Source of the DNA: Nemertoderma westbladi | Lineage: Eukaryota; Animalia; Xenacoelomorpha | NCBI GenBank assembly: GCA_032718475.1 | Contig: JAUCBJ010001362.1 | Coordinates: 1-53,405 of the forward strand | DNA length: 53,405 bases | Direction: 5' to 3' | In this document: positions 1-11,710 of the stretch, in pieces | Numbering within the stretch: the first letter of the stretch is position 1 | Layout of the letters: the number at the start of each line of letters is the position of its first letter | Position numbers and translations under genes: made by a program | Notes under the pieces: generated by a model | The model's database searches: none | Told to the model about the DNA's origin: nothing | What the model saw: the letters and a program-made list of their open reading frames with translations, nothing else

Positions 1-601
1 GTTGACCTATTTATGCACATGTAGGCCTATATAGTACAAGTTCTTATAAGTCCAATCAAAAGTTAAATTCCAGTCTCTATTTCGTTTTCTATCTTTTCGA
101 TTGCGATACACTCCTCGGCTCCTCCAACTTTTCTACCACTGTAAAGTAATTAAGATTACATTAATTAAGATTTCATTGATTACATTATTAGATTACCATA
201 ATATTAAGTTGACAGCGAAACGGTATTCCATGATATAAGTTAAGAAAATTATGTTATAAATCCTCAAACCTAAACCAACCCACCCACATGCATAATATTT
301 AACACACAATTCCTCACCACTATTATTTATCTAATACAAAACTAATCTTTCTTTATATACCCACCCATATTGGCACCATTGCATTAAATTATAATATTTA
401 ATTAAATTTTGAGGTCTATGCATTATAATATAATTATACTTACATGTGCTTAGATCCACCAGCGCGCCACGCAACTTGAACAAAATAGTTTGTAATCACT
501 TTCTCTATCTTCGCGTCAACACCATAGGCCTAGTGTTCAGTGAGAAAGCTAGAAGAAATTTAATTGAAAATTAATTTAAATTTGTATCTCTAACTGAGCC
601 T

Positions 602-622
602 CGTGCTGCGCGAAGGCCCCAC
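602..622 (+). repeat. 3'-end motif of a HINE/Helentron-like non-autonomous element (CGTGCTGCGCGAAGGCCCCAC)
   Basis: Identical 21-mer at 602-622, 1436-1456 and 5085-5105. Its GCCCCAC end is the reverse complement of GTGGGGC at the element 5' end (3494-3500). Confidence 0.55.
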
Positions 623-764
623 GGACGTGTTTTGTTAGGTTATTATGTTACGAGCTTCAAACTATAGCAGTTCTTCCTAGGGTACAGAATAAAGTTATTT
701 ACTTTACTTTCTTTACATAAAATGAAACACAATAATATTATGTTCAAATTATCCTACTGCGTGA

Positions 765-1460
765 ATGCGGGGCGAGCCATGAAAGTAAGTGTTCTCTAGA
801 TCTGTAGGTCCGTGTTTTGAAATGTTAATAACTCGGCTAATTCTCGATGAAATCTAATCAAACTTAGTACACATGTTGTTTGGTAAAAGTTTATCAATTT
901 TCCAATTAGAATTTGCGTGGGGCCTTCAGGATGACCTAATGAAGAGACTAGTATTATGTTGACTATCCTTGCAAGCTTTAGTACAGAATATTGGACGATA
1001 TGTCAATTTGATAGCACCGGTGGTGGAATGTCTTATGCTAGTTATTTGGTGATCAGATGTACAGGACGAGTGCAACGAGGGTTGTAATGAAGACGAGAGT
1101 TTTAAAAATAACTCGTAAACAACCTGGTTTAGCATATTAGACGGTTGACACTTTATCCAATATTGCCAAAGGAATGTTTTAAGGCATATATTTGGTGACC
1201 AGGTTGTATAGGACGAACGCAACAAGTTTTGTAGTGGATACAAGTATCCATCTTCTATAAATCGTGTTAAGGCAGGTTAAATACTCAAGTCAAGTTAAAT
1301 AGTTAAAAAGCGTGTAAGGTTAAACTGAAATGGACCTCTGTTTTTTACAACTAGTTTATGCATCACTGATTGATATCTTGGAAATGACGGTTTTCGTTTA
1401 TCTAATAGAGATTAGTACACTTTCTTATAGACTTTCGTGCTGCGCGAAGGCCCCACAATG
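765..1460 (+). mobile_element. Degenerate HINE/Helentron-like non-autonomous element copy
   Basis: Starts with GGGGCGAGCCA (769-779, shared with 3496-3506), has the AATAACT...AAACTT core-repeat signature, and ends in the shared 21-mer at 1436-1456. Confidence 0.45.
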
Positions 1461-3489
1461 TGTCAATAAATGTTAGAAATAAATAAATAAATGTCATATG
1501 CCAACTTGCATTAGCGTTAATGTACTGTATGTGTACCGGCGTAGCCTATATGTACTGTAACAATATGTGTACTGGCGTATTATACTGTAACAATTCCATA
1601 TCAGTATGTAACAAATAATATGAAAAATTGTCTAACCTTTAATACATCTTAGAACGATTAATTTTCCCGATGGCATGTCTAGCGGTTTTTGCATATTTCT
1701 CGGCGAATGTGTTTCCATCCATCGTGCACAGATGTCAAAACTCGCAGCCGATAGTGATTGTGAGAAGTTGGAGAATTCGTCAATCTACAAAGATTAGAAA
1801 AAACTCCTCGCTTACTAACATTTTAATGCTAAAATATATAAACAATTATTACATTAATAAAAATTATTAATTACTGATCTAGAACAAATAATAAGAAATC
1901 AAAAGAATACGTTTCGAGAACGTATCGAGCAAAGCAAACAGTCGGCTGAAGCCGGAAGCGATCCGAAGGCTCTTCTTTCGATAGCTACTACCCGAAGGTA
2001 GTAATCTTCAACAATTCCTGATTCTGTTTTACACAATTTGTTAAATAATTTAATGTCAAATTCGACTTCCCATATAGGATAAAAGGATAAAGATGCCATT
2101 ATCATTCTCACCTTATACTTTGCCAGTGCATTTTTCTCCTTTAGGGCCTTTTCCCATTTGGCTAAATCCTCAGGAGAAGACTACTGGCTGGTCGGGGAAC
2201 AGGAACTCTGACTGAAGAGTCTCTCCTTGAATCCATTCCATTATTTTTAAAGTTCCTTGGACACTCTTCAACTCCTCCTTCCTCCTTTATTTCCACCAAG
2301 GAGTGAACAATGTTATGTAGAGGGGGCATGACAGGCAAAACACCCACCCCGCCCCCCCTCTCGAAGTTTGTTTATTGTGCAAATTTTTTTTTAACAATAT
2401 TTAGATATTTACTGTACTGTAACTACAGTAAAACGCAAGCGGCCTTTCGGATCTCGTGCGTGGTCTCTGTGGCACATGCCTTATTGGTCTCATTTACAAC
2501 CGCACATTAGGACTGATATATCTGTAGGGGTGTAGGCCTACTGTAGGTATGACTGTATGGAACCGTACTGAAAAACATCCATGCACTGTAAGTTACGGTC
2601 CAGGAAAACCAAAACATGAACACATTTGGTTCATGTGGATGCACTGAGTAGGTGTGTTAAAAAATCTGCACTGGCAAGGACTGGACAATAACGATAATGA
2701 AAACAATGGGGATTCACGTGCAAAGTTCTGTACCAGAGCAGGGCCTAATAAAGATGACATTAGGATAACACTAGAATAATATTGTCATTCAAAGCAGTTG
2801 AAGTATGACCCGCCAACATTCGAAAAACAACGTTAGAATAACCTTTTCGCATCATTGTTATAACAATGCTATGATTCATCCCCAATGTAAATTCATTTCC
2901 AATGAAAATATTCTTATTTGAACATTTCGATAACATTGGAAATACATTATAATATCAATAGTATGGAATATAGTATTAGAATATCATTCAAAATATGTTG
3001 CGACTATATGTGTTAAATAATAAACATTGCTGTTCGAATGTATTCTGAATGTCAATTCAATATCTGAATTTTAATATTAGTATTTAAATATTATTTTAGA
3101 TTATTTCAATATTAAAATGTAAAATTTTGGGTTTTTCTCAAATGATTTGTCTCATTGCACTATTGCACAACTTTTTAGCAGCATTAAATTTCAAATACAA
3201 AATTAATCCTCGGATACTTCTGGTTTGCAGGGAAGCTAGTGAGGCTAGCACCAATGGGTAACGCCAACAGGGAGTGGCGAAGTGACAATTAATATATAAG
3301 CCAATAGTGGGCAGGAAAGCACATTGGGAAGGACAAGAGCGCATCCATTGGATATTAGAGGCCGCCCAGTAGTGTAGGGCTAAAACCAGTATGTGTCAAT
3401 GATATAATAACCCTTGTAATTACTGATTATTAGTAAGTTGATTTCCTTATGGTTGTGAGACAGGAATAGTTTTTGACCGTCGTTACCGT

Positions 3490-5113
3490 TATTGTGGGGC
3501 GAGCCACGAAGTTGGCGGAGCCTTAGCGAATTGACACTGTTAGGGGGTGGGTCAATTTATGCAAATAGTTGTCGTCGTCGTCGTCGTCGTTGTCGTCGTC
3601 GTCGTCGTCGTCGTTGTCGTCGTTACGATTTTGACATGCTAATAACTTTGTCGGATTTAAAGCTGCCAAGTTGAAAATTTGTAGGTATCAATATGAGCAA
3701 AAGTTGAGATTTTTGAGAGACTTTCAGACACCATCAGTGCAATGGTCTCCCGCTAGAGGGCCACATGTCTAAACATTAAATGCCCTCCCATTTCTTTGCT
3801 TTTAATCCGTTTAAGCTGAAACTTGGCAGATATGTATTAGACCATTAGCTGTGACTTTCAAAGGAGGCGAATCCATCTGCAGTTCTCCAGTCTGCCGCTA
3901 GAGGGCCAAAGGTCTGAAAGTGAAATCGTTGTCGTCGTTACGATTTTGACATGCTAATAACTTTGTCGGATTTAAAGCTGCCAAGTTGAAAATTTGTAGG
4001 TATCAATATGAGCAAAAGTTGAGATTTTTGAGAGACTTTCAGACACCATCAGTGCAATGGTCTCCCGCTAGAGGGCCACATGTCTAAACATTAAATGCCC
4101 TCCCATTTCTTTGCTTTTAATCCGTTTAAGCTGAAACTTGGCAGATATGTATTAGACCATTAGCTGTGACTTTCAAAGGAGGCGAATCCATCTGCAGTTC
4201 TCCAGTCTGCCGCTAGAGGGCCAAAGGTCTGAAAGTGAAATCGTTGTCGTCGTTACGATTTTGACATGCTAATAACTTTGTCGGATTTAAAGCTGCCAAG
4301 TTGAAAATTTCTAGGTATCAATATGAGCTAAAGTTGAGATTTTTGAGAGACTTTCAGACACCATCAGTGCAATGGTCTCCCGCTAGAGGGCCACATGTCT
4401 AAACATTAAATGCCCTCCCATTTCTTTGCTTTTAATCCGTTTAAGCTGAAACTTGGCAGATATGTATTAGACCATTAGCTGTGACTTTCAAAGGAGGCGA
4501 ATCCATCTGCAGTTCTCCAGTCTGCCGCTAGAGGGCCAAATGTCTGAAAGTGAAATCGTTGTCGTCGTTATGATATTGACATGCTTATAACTTTGTCGAA
4601 TTTAAAGCTGCCAAGTTGAAAATTTGTTTTGTTGAAAATCAGTTCAACAGTCACCCGCTATAGGACTACTTTATGCCTGAAAGTGAATAGATTCTCCCGT
4701 CTCATTGATTTTAATCAGTTTAAGCTGAATCTTGCCATATATTCTGGACCACATGCTGCGTCTTTGTGGGGGGGGGGGGGGGGGGGGGGGAGATTTAATC
4801 GGTCTGCCGCTATACGACGAAATTTCTGAAAGTGAGATCCGTCTCTCATTTCGTTATCCGTTATTCAAGATGAAACTTGGCCGATGTACGTATGTACTAT
4901 TCATCCATAGGCTGTGTCTTTGTGGGGCTGGAGACCCTAATCCATCTTCAGTTCTCACTATACCGCTAGAGTCAGAAATGTCTGAATAGAAATGAAAGAG
5001 GTAAAAAGTGATTAGGCGAAATCTGCTTAAAATTTGCTAATACAGTAATACTTTCGAATTAGTACTTAAATTAAATTTAAGTCACGTGCTGCGCGAAGGC
5101 CCCACTTCGTGTT
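3490..5113 (+). mobile_element. HINE/DINE-1-like (Helentron-associated) non-autonomous element with central tandem array
   Basis: Order of parts: short sub-terminal inverted repeat (GTGGGGC...GCCCCAC), (GTC)n microsatellite at ~3568-3624, tandem core repeats, conserved 3' motif. This modular layout is characteristic of HINE/DINE-1/pearl-type elements. Family call is from architecture only. Confidence 0.6.
3612..4625 (+). repeat. Tandem repeat, 315-bp unit, about 3.2 near-identical copies (dimer of two related subunits)
   Basis: CGTTA(C/T)GAT recurs at 3621, 3936, 4251, 4566. CCGCTAGAGGGCCA occurs twice per unit, spaced 145 and 170 bp. Confidence 0.95.
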
Positions 5114-5339
5114 CGTATTGCATATTATTATATTCAGACTGTGCTATGTATTATCAACTGCTGTGATTATCAACACTGACAACTAACTCTGTTGTTTTCC
5201 ATCGGCCCTTGGCCAAACATATATCCAGCCTTCAGCCGAGCAGCCCAGCGACGCAACGACGCGTACAACCTACACCGGTCGGTATCCACTACTGTCAACT
5301 CAAGTGGATACCGTCACATTGAGACACCATAAGTTCGAC

Positions 5340-5850
5340 GGTGTCCCGCTAGTGGTCTACAAGTCTGAACATTAAATGTCTTCCCATTTCTTTGCTTTTA
5401 TTCCGTTCAAGCTGAAACTTGGCTGTTTTGGACTCCGTAGATGTGTCATTCAAAGGAGGCAAGTCAATCTACAGATCTCTAGTCTGCCGCTAGGGGGCAA
5501 AATGTCTCAAAATGATATCCTTGCCCCATTCCGTTATTTATGATCCGTTCAAGCTAAAAATTTTTACATATTTATTTGCTAGAACACATCCTGTGTCTTT
5601 GTGGGGTTCATAATCGGTCTGCAGTTCTCCAATCTGCCACTAGAGATCGAAATGTATGAAAGAACCTTCCCCACTTCCTTGATATTATTTTATTCTGTTC
5701 AAACTGAATATTGGAATATATGAATAAGAAAACATTCTGCGTCTCTCCTTGTAAGGTGATTTATCTGCAGTTATCCAGTCTGTCGCTAGAGGGCGAAATG
5801 AATGAAAGTGAAAACATTCTCCCATTTCCGTGATTTTAATCAGTTGAAGG
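5340..5850 (+). repeat. Diverged ~150-bp core repeats of the same HINE-like family
   Basis: Recurring TCTGCAGTT.TCCA.TCTGCC.CTAGAG and CCCATTTC...TTCAAGCTGAAA blocks homologous to the 315-bp array. Confidence 0.75.
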
Positions 5851-6310
5851 CTACTGTCTCATTTCGGTTACTCACTGTCTCATTACTTCTACTCACTTTC
5901 TCGTTACAGCTACTCACTGTCGAGTTACGGCTACTCACTGTCGAGTTACGGCTACTCACTGTCGAGTTACGGCTACGCACTGTCGAGTTACGGCTACTCA
6001 CTGTCGAGTTACGGCTACTCACTGTCGAGTTACTTCTACTCACTTTCGCGTTACGGTTATTCACTGTCGAGTTACGGTTACTCACTGTCTCGTTACTTCA
6101 ACTCACTTTCGCGTTACGGTTACTCATTGTCGAGTTACGGCTACTCACTGTCGAGTTACGCCTACTCATTGTCGCGGTACGGCTACTCACTGTCGCGTTA
6201 CGGCTACTCACTTTCGCGTTACGGCTACTCACTTTCGCGTTACGTCTACTCACTGTCGGGTTACGGCTACTCACTGTCGCGTTACGGCTACTCACTGTCG
6301 CATTACGGCA
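5850..6310. repeat. 21-bp minisatellite (CTACTCACTGTCGAGTTACGG), about 22 copies
   Basis: Directly visible and gives the 7-aa periodic ORFs. A few degenerate, partly inverted units follow at ~6430-6530. Confidence 0.95.
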
Positions 6311-6949
6311 AACTGTAGAAATGAAGATGAAGTACCGTCCCACAAAGAAACTACTACATTTATCTACAGGGTGTAGTACATATACGGCCTATGCCAAGAA
6401 TCAACTTAATGTGACAATGAGTAGTTAGTCGTAAAGCGACAGTAGCCATAACGCGATTTTTAGGGTAGCGGTACTGCTGAACTTCCAAAATCGCGTTACA
6501 GCTACTGGAAAAGTAGCCGTAACGTGACTTTACATATGGAGATAGTATCCGAACTGCCACTGCATCCAAATTTACCTCCCCGGAGAATTTACCACTTTGT
6601 ACAATGCCCGGTGGGGCATAGGGGAATAATACTACAGGTGTATATGGTAGAATACTTGTGGGGACTTCTTACATTGTACACCAGTACCTTAAATACTGTA
6701 ATATATTTACTAAGATGCCAGGCGGCGAGGAAGAGGTGTTGTACAGTAGTGAGATGGACTCACCTTACTACCGAACTCATCCCATCTGTAGCATACATCA
6801 GTTGTAGTCCACCCACCCCACAATATGTTTAAAATACTAATAATAATTCAACAATGTGAATTATTGTCAACTTCAACTAAATGAACAGGTTAAAGTTACA
6901 GGTTATTCAAACTAAAATAATAAACCAGATTCAAAAGTTACAGATTCAC

Positions 6950-6955
6950 TTTATT
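6950..6955 (-). terminator. Polyadenylation signal AATAAA for the 7046-7795 gene
   Basis: TTTATT on + strand about 90 nt downstream of the minus-strand stop codon. Confidence 0.5.
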
Positions 6956-7045
6956 CATACGCAATTCCCCCTCCCTATAGTATTGTCATACTGTACTGTG
7001 CTGTATTCTATTATTAGCTTTGTCCTCATAAAGTTGATTATGTTT

Positions 7046-7795
7046 CTAGAATACTCCAGTGAATGTAGCCACCACCAAAACCATCTGAATTACTGCAGTG
7101 GCAACAACTGAACTGCTTGCTTTCGTCTCAACTGTTGTGGTTTCTTCCACCTCCCTGTTACCGGTAGTTGTAGCCAGATTCCTCTCCCAGAGTGGATTAG
7201 GACACTCACCAGGACAACACATAATCTGACACGATTTGTACTTCTCTGTGAACCCGTGTACCATATAGTTTCTAACAGCAAACCAAACTCTCATGAGGTC
7301 ATCTTGGTCTGTTTCCACATCCTCGAAACTCTGCTGATTAATATTAAATCCGTCTTCATACTGTTGCATAAATACTAAACATCTATCTTCATCCATTGCT
7401 AGGCAATATTTCTCCCAGGAAAATTCGCTCACATTCCTTATGCAAAGTTCCAAGACAGCATCAAATATGAACTCATCCCCTGTATCACCATCAACTGCGA
7501 TGTTTCGATAGAAGTAATGGGCACATTCAGTGCAATTGTGTCTAATGTGTCTGATATCATGATGGCGTGTTGTGGTCACCTGATGGTATTCTAACCATTG
7601 TTGATTGCTTTTTAGTAGTCTAGTATATTTGTCATTCACCTCCTGTTGTAGCTTCTCAGTAGTTGCATTAAAGGTTACTACTCTTTCGTTGTAGCAGATC
7701 AAGCCACAGTAACATACGAAAATGTTTAGCAGCAAGTAAAGAGCCAATAGTGATGATGTCTTATAAAGACCCGTAGTTGAACAGTAGCGTTGCAT
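7046..7795 (-). CDS. Secreted, probably GPI-anchored cysteine-rich protein; divergent Ly6/uPAR (three-finger, quiver-like) candidate, 249 aa
   Basis: Non-repetitive 750-bp ATG ORF. Hydrophobic signal peptide (LLALYLLLNIFVCYCG), mature start LICY, 10 mature Cys ending CCPGECPN, N-glycosylation sequons NAT/NCT/NVS, Thr-rich stalk, small residues KASSS, hydrophobic C-terminus with no cytoplasmic tail, downstream AATAAA. Confidence 0.75.
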   Translation of the reverse strand: MQRYCSTTGLYKTSSLLALYLLLNIFVCYCGLICYNERVVTFNATTEKLQQEVNDKYTRLLKSNQQWLEYHQVTTTRHHDIRHIRHNCTECAHYFYRNIAVDGDTGDEFIFDAVLELCIRNVSEFSWEKYCLAMDEDRCLVFMQQYEDGFNINQQSFEDVETDQDDLMRVWFAVRNYMVHGFTEKYKSCQIMCCPGECPNPLWERNLATTTGNREVEETTTVETKASSSVVATAVIQMVLVVATFTGVF

Positions 7796-8160
7796 TATCG
7801 TATGTTGATGCCTCTATTATTCAGATATTTGGTCTAATAATAGCAATAATTTCGGTTATACGGTTATCACATATACGTTCACATACGGTTCTCAGTGGAG
7901 GCGTAGCCTACTTGAGGAAGAGAAGAGGTCCTTCAATAACTCGTGACAGAGGGGAGGGGTGGGGGTGGGGGGGGGGGGATCTGACCCACCTTGGCCGATT
8001 AATATCTAACCAAAGCAATAAACGAAAGTTTTTAGAACAGGTTATAGATATATTTTTGTTTGAGTCGATTTTAACCTAGATAAGGATGAATTGTGAATTG
8101 CGTTCCAATTTATCAGCTCTGAAATTTACTAGAAATCGAGCGTGGCAAAGTCGGAACAGA

Positions 8161-8218
8161 CATCCAGGTGGGATCGAACTGCTGACTTCCGGGTTGGAAG
8201 TCTGACGTTCTAATCCCA
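8161..8218 (-). repeat. tRNA-derived fragment (SINE head or tRNA pseudogene)
   Basis: Minus strand reads ...TAGAACGTCAGACTTCCAACCCGGAAGTCAGCAGTTCGATCCCACC: B-box-like GTTCGATCCC after an anticodon-arm-like segment. No complete cloverleaf. Confidence 0.4.
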
Positions 8219-8449
8219 GGTAAAAGGAGTTCGGAATACTACCGCAAAATAATAATAAATTATTTATATTCGGAAATAGAATCAGCGCAATTTACAGCCT
8301 CATGGCCTCATAACTGTCAATACCATAACTGTCTACTGTACATGGCCTTTACACAAATAATAAACTATAATTAATAACACACACTATCTACAGTTTATAG
8401 TTTGGCAGGGCTTCACCTCCCCCGTATTCGGGTTTTTACGTTATGCCAA

Positions 8450-9155
8450 TAGCCGACAGCAGATAACCGACAGCAGACAACCTGTAACAGACAACCGGCA
8501 GCAGAAAACCGTCAGCAGACAACCGGCAGCAGAGAACCTACTGTAGACAACCGACAGCACACAGTGAAAAACAAACAGCTAATATTTTTTAGATCCGAAG
8601 GCCTATGCAGCAGTTACTGTTTAAACACAATATCTAAAATTTAATTATTGTATTATTTGTTTTATGTATAATTAATTTGTATTACCGGGTTACCCGGCCA
8701 AACTAATGGCCATAATTTCTGGTATGGGGATAAATGAAAGTGAAAGATATTTGCAGGAGACGTACCCACATAGGCCGTTAACCCTTTCGATCCTATGGCA
8801 CAACTGTTGTGCCATAACCAACTGCGCTATGGCACAATTGTTGTGCCATGGGAATATACTTGATATTATTGGCTTTAAACTATACTCCGGTTGTTAGGAA
8901 ACATTATAAATTCCCATTCAGCGCATAAGGCGTCATCCCAATTTATTTAGGGATTAAATATTTCCTCTACTCTGATTGGCTAACAGATTAGTATTATAGT
9001 TCAGCAGGCAAAGATAACAGTAGGCATAAAGCATAACAATATACAGATAAGTTCAGTAATTATGAGGTTTAATAATACTATTAAATTATCTGCGGTCGGT
9101 TTTCTGCTGTCGGTCGTCTGCTACCGGCTGTCAGCTTGCGGTTGCCTGCTGTTGC
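8450..9155. mobile_element. Degenerate MITE-like element with inverted arrays of a 14-bp unit (AACCGACAGCAGAC)
   Basis: About 8 units at 8450-8560 and reverse-complement units (CTGCTGTCGGT...) at ~9095-9155. Termini and TSD not resolved. Confidence 0.45.
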
Positions 9156-9199
9156 TTATCCCAGAATGGCAATATCTCCTTTGCTGAAGTGAAGGATAC

Positions 9200-10095
9200 C
9201 GCAAATAGCCAATCACGCCAGTGGTGTAGATGGCGTGCCCCCTGAGGTCTTTAAAATACCATAGTGTTTGGACCCCATCATATATAATAGACATGTACAG
9301 AACGACAAGAGTCCCACAAGAATTGAAAACAAATAAGTTGGCGACAGTTCCCAATAAGGGAAACAAAAAACACTATATAGACCCTTTCTGGGAATCTCGT
9401 TGATCTCGATTGCTGCAAAGCTACAGTATACAATACAATAGAATTCGAATATATCGCATCGGGGATCCCATTGAGAGACTGCTCCGTGGAAATCAGAATG
9501 GGTTCTATAAAGGTCGTGGGACCATGGAGCCCATTTTTGCAATTAGAAGGATAATTGAAGAGTTATCAAAAAAGAAAGACAGTCACCTGGCTGTTATCTT
9601 TGTTGACTTCTTCAAGGCCTTTGATTCAGTGTCTCGCTCACGTATGTTCAGCACACTTTCATTATATGGGATTCCTGATGAAATTATTGCAGCAATCAGA
9701 TCAGTATATGACGGTTCGACAACATTTGTGTCTACTGTTGATGGTGACACAGAACCATTCGAAGTGATAGGGAGTCCTCAAGGGAGACACACTTGCACCA
9801 TTCTTGTTCATTATTGTGGTTGACTATGTTCTACGCATGTCCTTAGATCATCATAATGACATGGGGTGATGGTAACACCACCTACAGTAATGGCTTCATA
9901 AGTTGAGGAAATCCTGGCAAGTACCTAACTGATCTAGACTTTGCTGATGACTTAGGAGTACTCTCGGAATTACTAGGAGCTCAGCTCATGAGAACAGGCT
10001 GCATCTAGTGTTGGTCTTTTTGAGAAGAACAAAATCTTGACAGTTAACTTTAAAGTCCTCAGGAAATGTCAAATCGTATGCTGATAAATGACATG
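9200..10095 (+). pseudogene. RTE-clade non-LTR retrotransposon reverse transcriptase fragment (frameshifted)
   Basis: Motifs GVDGVPPEVFK, QNGFYKGRGT, IFVDFFKAFDSV, QGDTLAPFLFIIVVDYVLR and DLDFADDLGVLSE across frames; includes ORF 9410-9823. Confidence 0.9.
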
Positions 10096-10949
10096 GGAAT
10101 AAGCGTCAGTGTGTTATGTTTGGATATCGTTTTAAAAAATTATACTATTTATTGTAATTAAAAATCGACTAAAAAATTATACTAATTATTGTAATTAAAA
10201 ATCTACTAATTATTTATCTTTAGTATAGTACTCTATTTACCACCTAAAACTTGTAGTTTTAAACACAGGAAATGTTATATCATGTAATAGCGTTCTAGAA
10301 TGTATTTTTTTAGGTCTAGTTTCTATGTCTATCCTACATACAGTATGTTACTTCTTCTCTGGAAAACCGGGTTAATATCGCTTCTGGTCATTTTGATTAG
10401 AAGTTGGATAGAGTTGTGGATTTTCTAGTTTTTATACGTAATTTATTCCAGAGTTTTAATAATTGCCCGGCTAGTTTAACCGCAATTATTATTAGTTTTT
10501 GGAAATTTGATTTTCAGTTTAAAAGAGGCAGTTCTAGACATAGTTAACATATTGTTTAGATATTGTTAAAGAAAAAAGAAATATCCACGATATGATCAAA
10601 GCAGAGGTATTTTTGCGTTTTCCTGGAGTTCTGTGCCATTTTTGACATGGGCATTGAGAGATATTTATCGCGATTTAATGAATTATTATTTATTTGTTAT
10701 ATTAATTTATTCTTATTGCATCGTGGGCCCATTATTTATAGTTAACCATATACTCGAGATAGTGAGAAAAGTGTTCGAATGGCTGGTTTATAGTATTGAA
10801 ACCCCAAACGTTTTGCCTTCAGCGTGGTTTCGTTTGACCCTCGAGATAAATTTGTTATTTAATTAGTAGGCCTAATCGCATGTGTTTTAGAACAGCGCGT
10901 TATACATAGGCCGACATAAAAATCGGGGCTTTTGGGAATTAAGATTAAT

Positions 10950-11190
10950 TAATTTGTTTGTACTTAGGTCGAAAAATGCTACGGTTATGTATTTGTTGTT
11001 GATTAATTCATATCTCCATTTCTCAGTGACATATATTAAGGCATCGCAGGTTGAGAAACCACGTCGGAATCCGAAATGCTTAGAAGAAATTTCTTTTTTT
11101 TATTTAAGTAATTTTGAAGTTGTGTTTTCAATAATACGATCAAATATTTTAGACACTGGAGTGCATATTGTTAATGGGCGGTAATTGGAC
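10950..11190 (-). pseudogene. CR1/L2-type LINE reverse transcriptase fragment, antisense, between two RTE pieces
   Basis: Minus strand translates NYRPLTICTPVSKIFDRII ... HFGFRRGFSTCDALIYVTEKWRYELINNKYITVAFFDLS (RT domains 1-3). May extend further left. Confidence 0.75.
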
Positions 11191-11199
11191 GGGTCATTC

Positions 11200-11710
11200 A
11201 TATGAGATCTTCGAATACGTAATGGAAAGGCATGGGCAGCTTTGAATGGGCTTTTCAGCATTTGGAAATCACACAGAATTTATCGGAAAGTTAAGATCCG
11301 ATTATTTAGAGCAGCAGTTGTACCAGTACTCCATGGGAGTCCAAATCTCTGGATTGCACATTCACAAGATCACAAGAGTGATACATCTGGTTCACTGTGT
11401 CAAGTAGAATGCACACATCTCTACCCAGACACTATATAACATTGGAGGTGTCTCATTGGTTCCCCCAAGCTTGACCTCCGCTTTGCAGGACATTGTTTTT
11501 GCCGAGAGGACCAGCCAGTACATAATCTTGAGTTTTGGCAGCCCCATGTATAAAATAAGCGTGACGGACAGCCCATGACTTTCTTGAGACCGAGACGCAT
11601 CTTAAAGGACACTAGCCTTGAAGATGCGGATGATCTAGCAAATGTCATGGGTGATAGGCAGTTGTGGCGGTGCAGTTTTGTCGATTAGCCGGCACAGCAC
11701 TCTTAATTTA
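11200..11710 (+). pseudogene. RTE LINE C-terminal and 3'-end fragment (continuation of 9200-10095)
   Basis: DLRIRNGKAWAALNGL..IWKS..KVKIRLFRAAVVPVL and RFAGHC; homologous to 21470-21710 and 14754-15021. Confidence 0.85.

Noticed and set aside
2105-2310. Purine-rich minus-strand segment ending at an AAG/GTGAGA donor-like site, a possible exon
   Set aside because: In-frame stops in the best frame and no recognisable domain.
3612-4625. Regular repeats as a CRISPR array (also the 72-bp and 42-bp arrays)
   Set aside because: No unique spacers, no cas genes, and a eukaryotic context.
5802-6428. 208-aa LRLLTVE-repeat ORF and antisense SSRNSTV ORFs
   Set aside because: By-products of a 21-bp minisatellite that is open in several frames.
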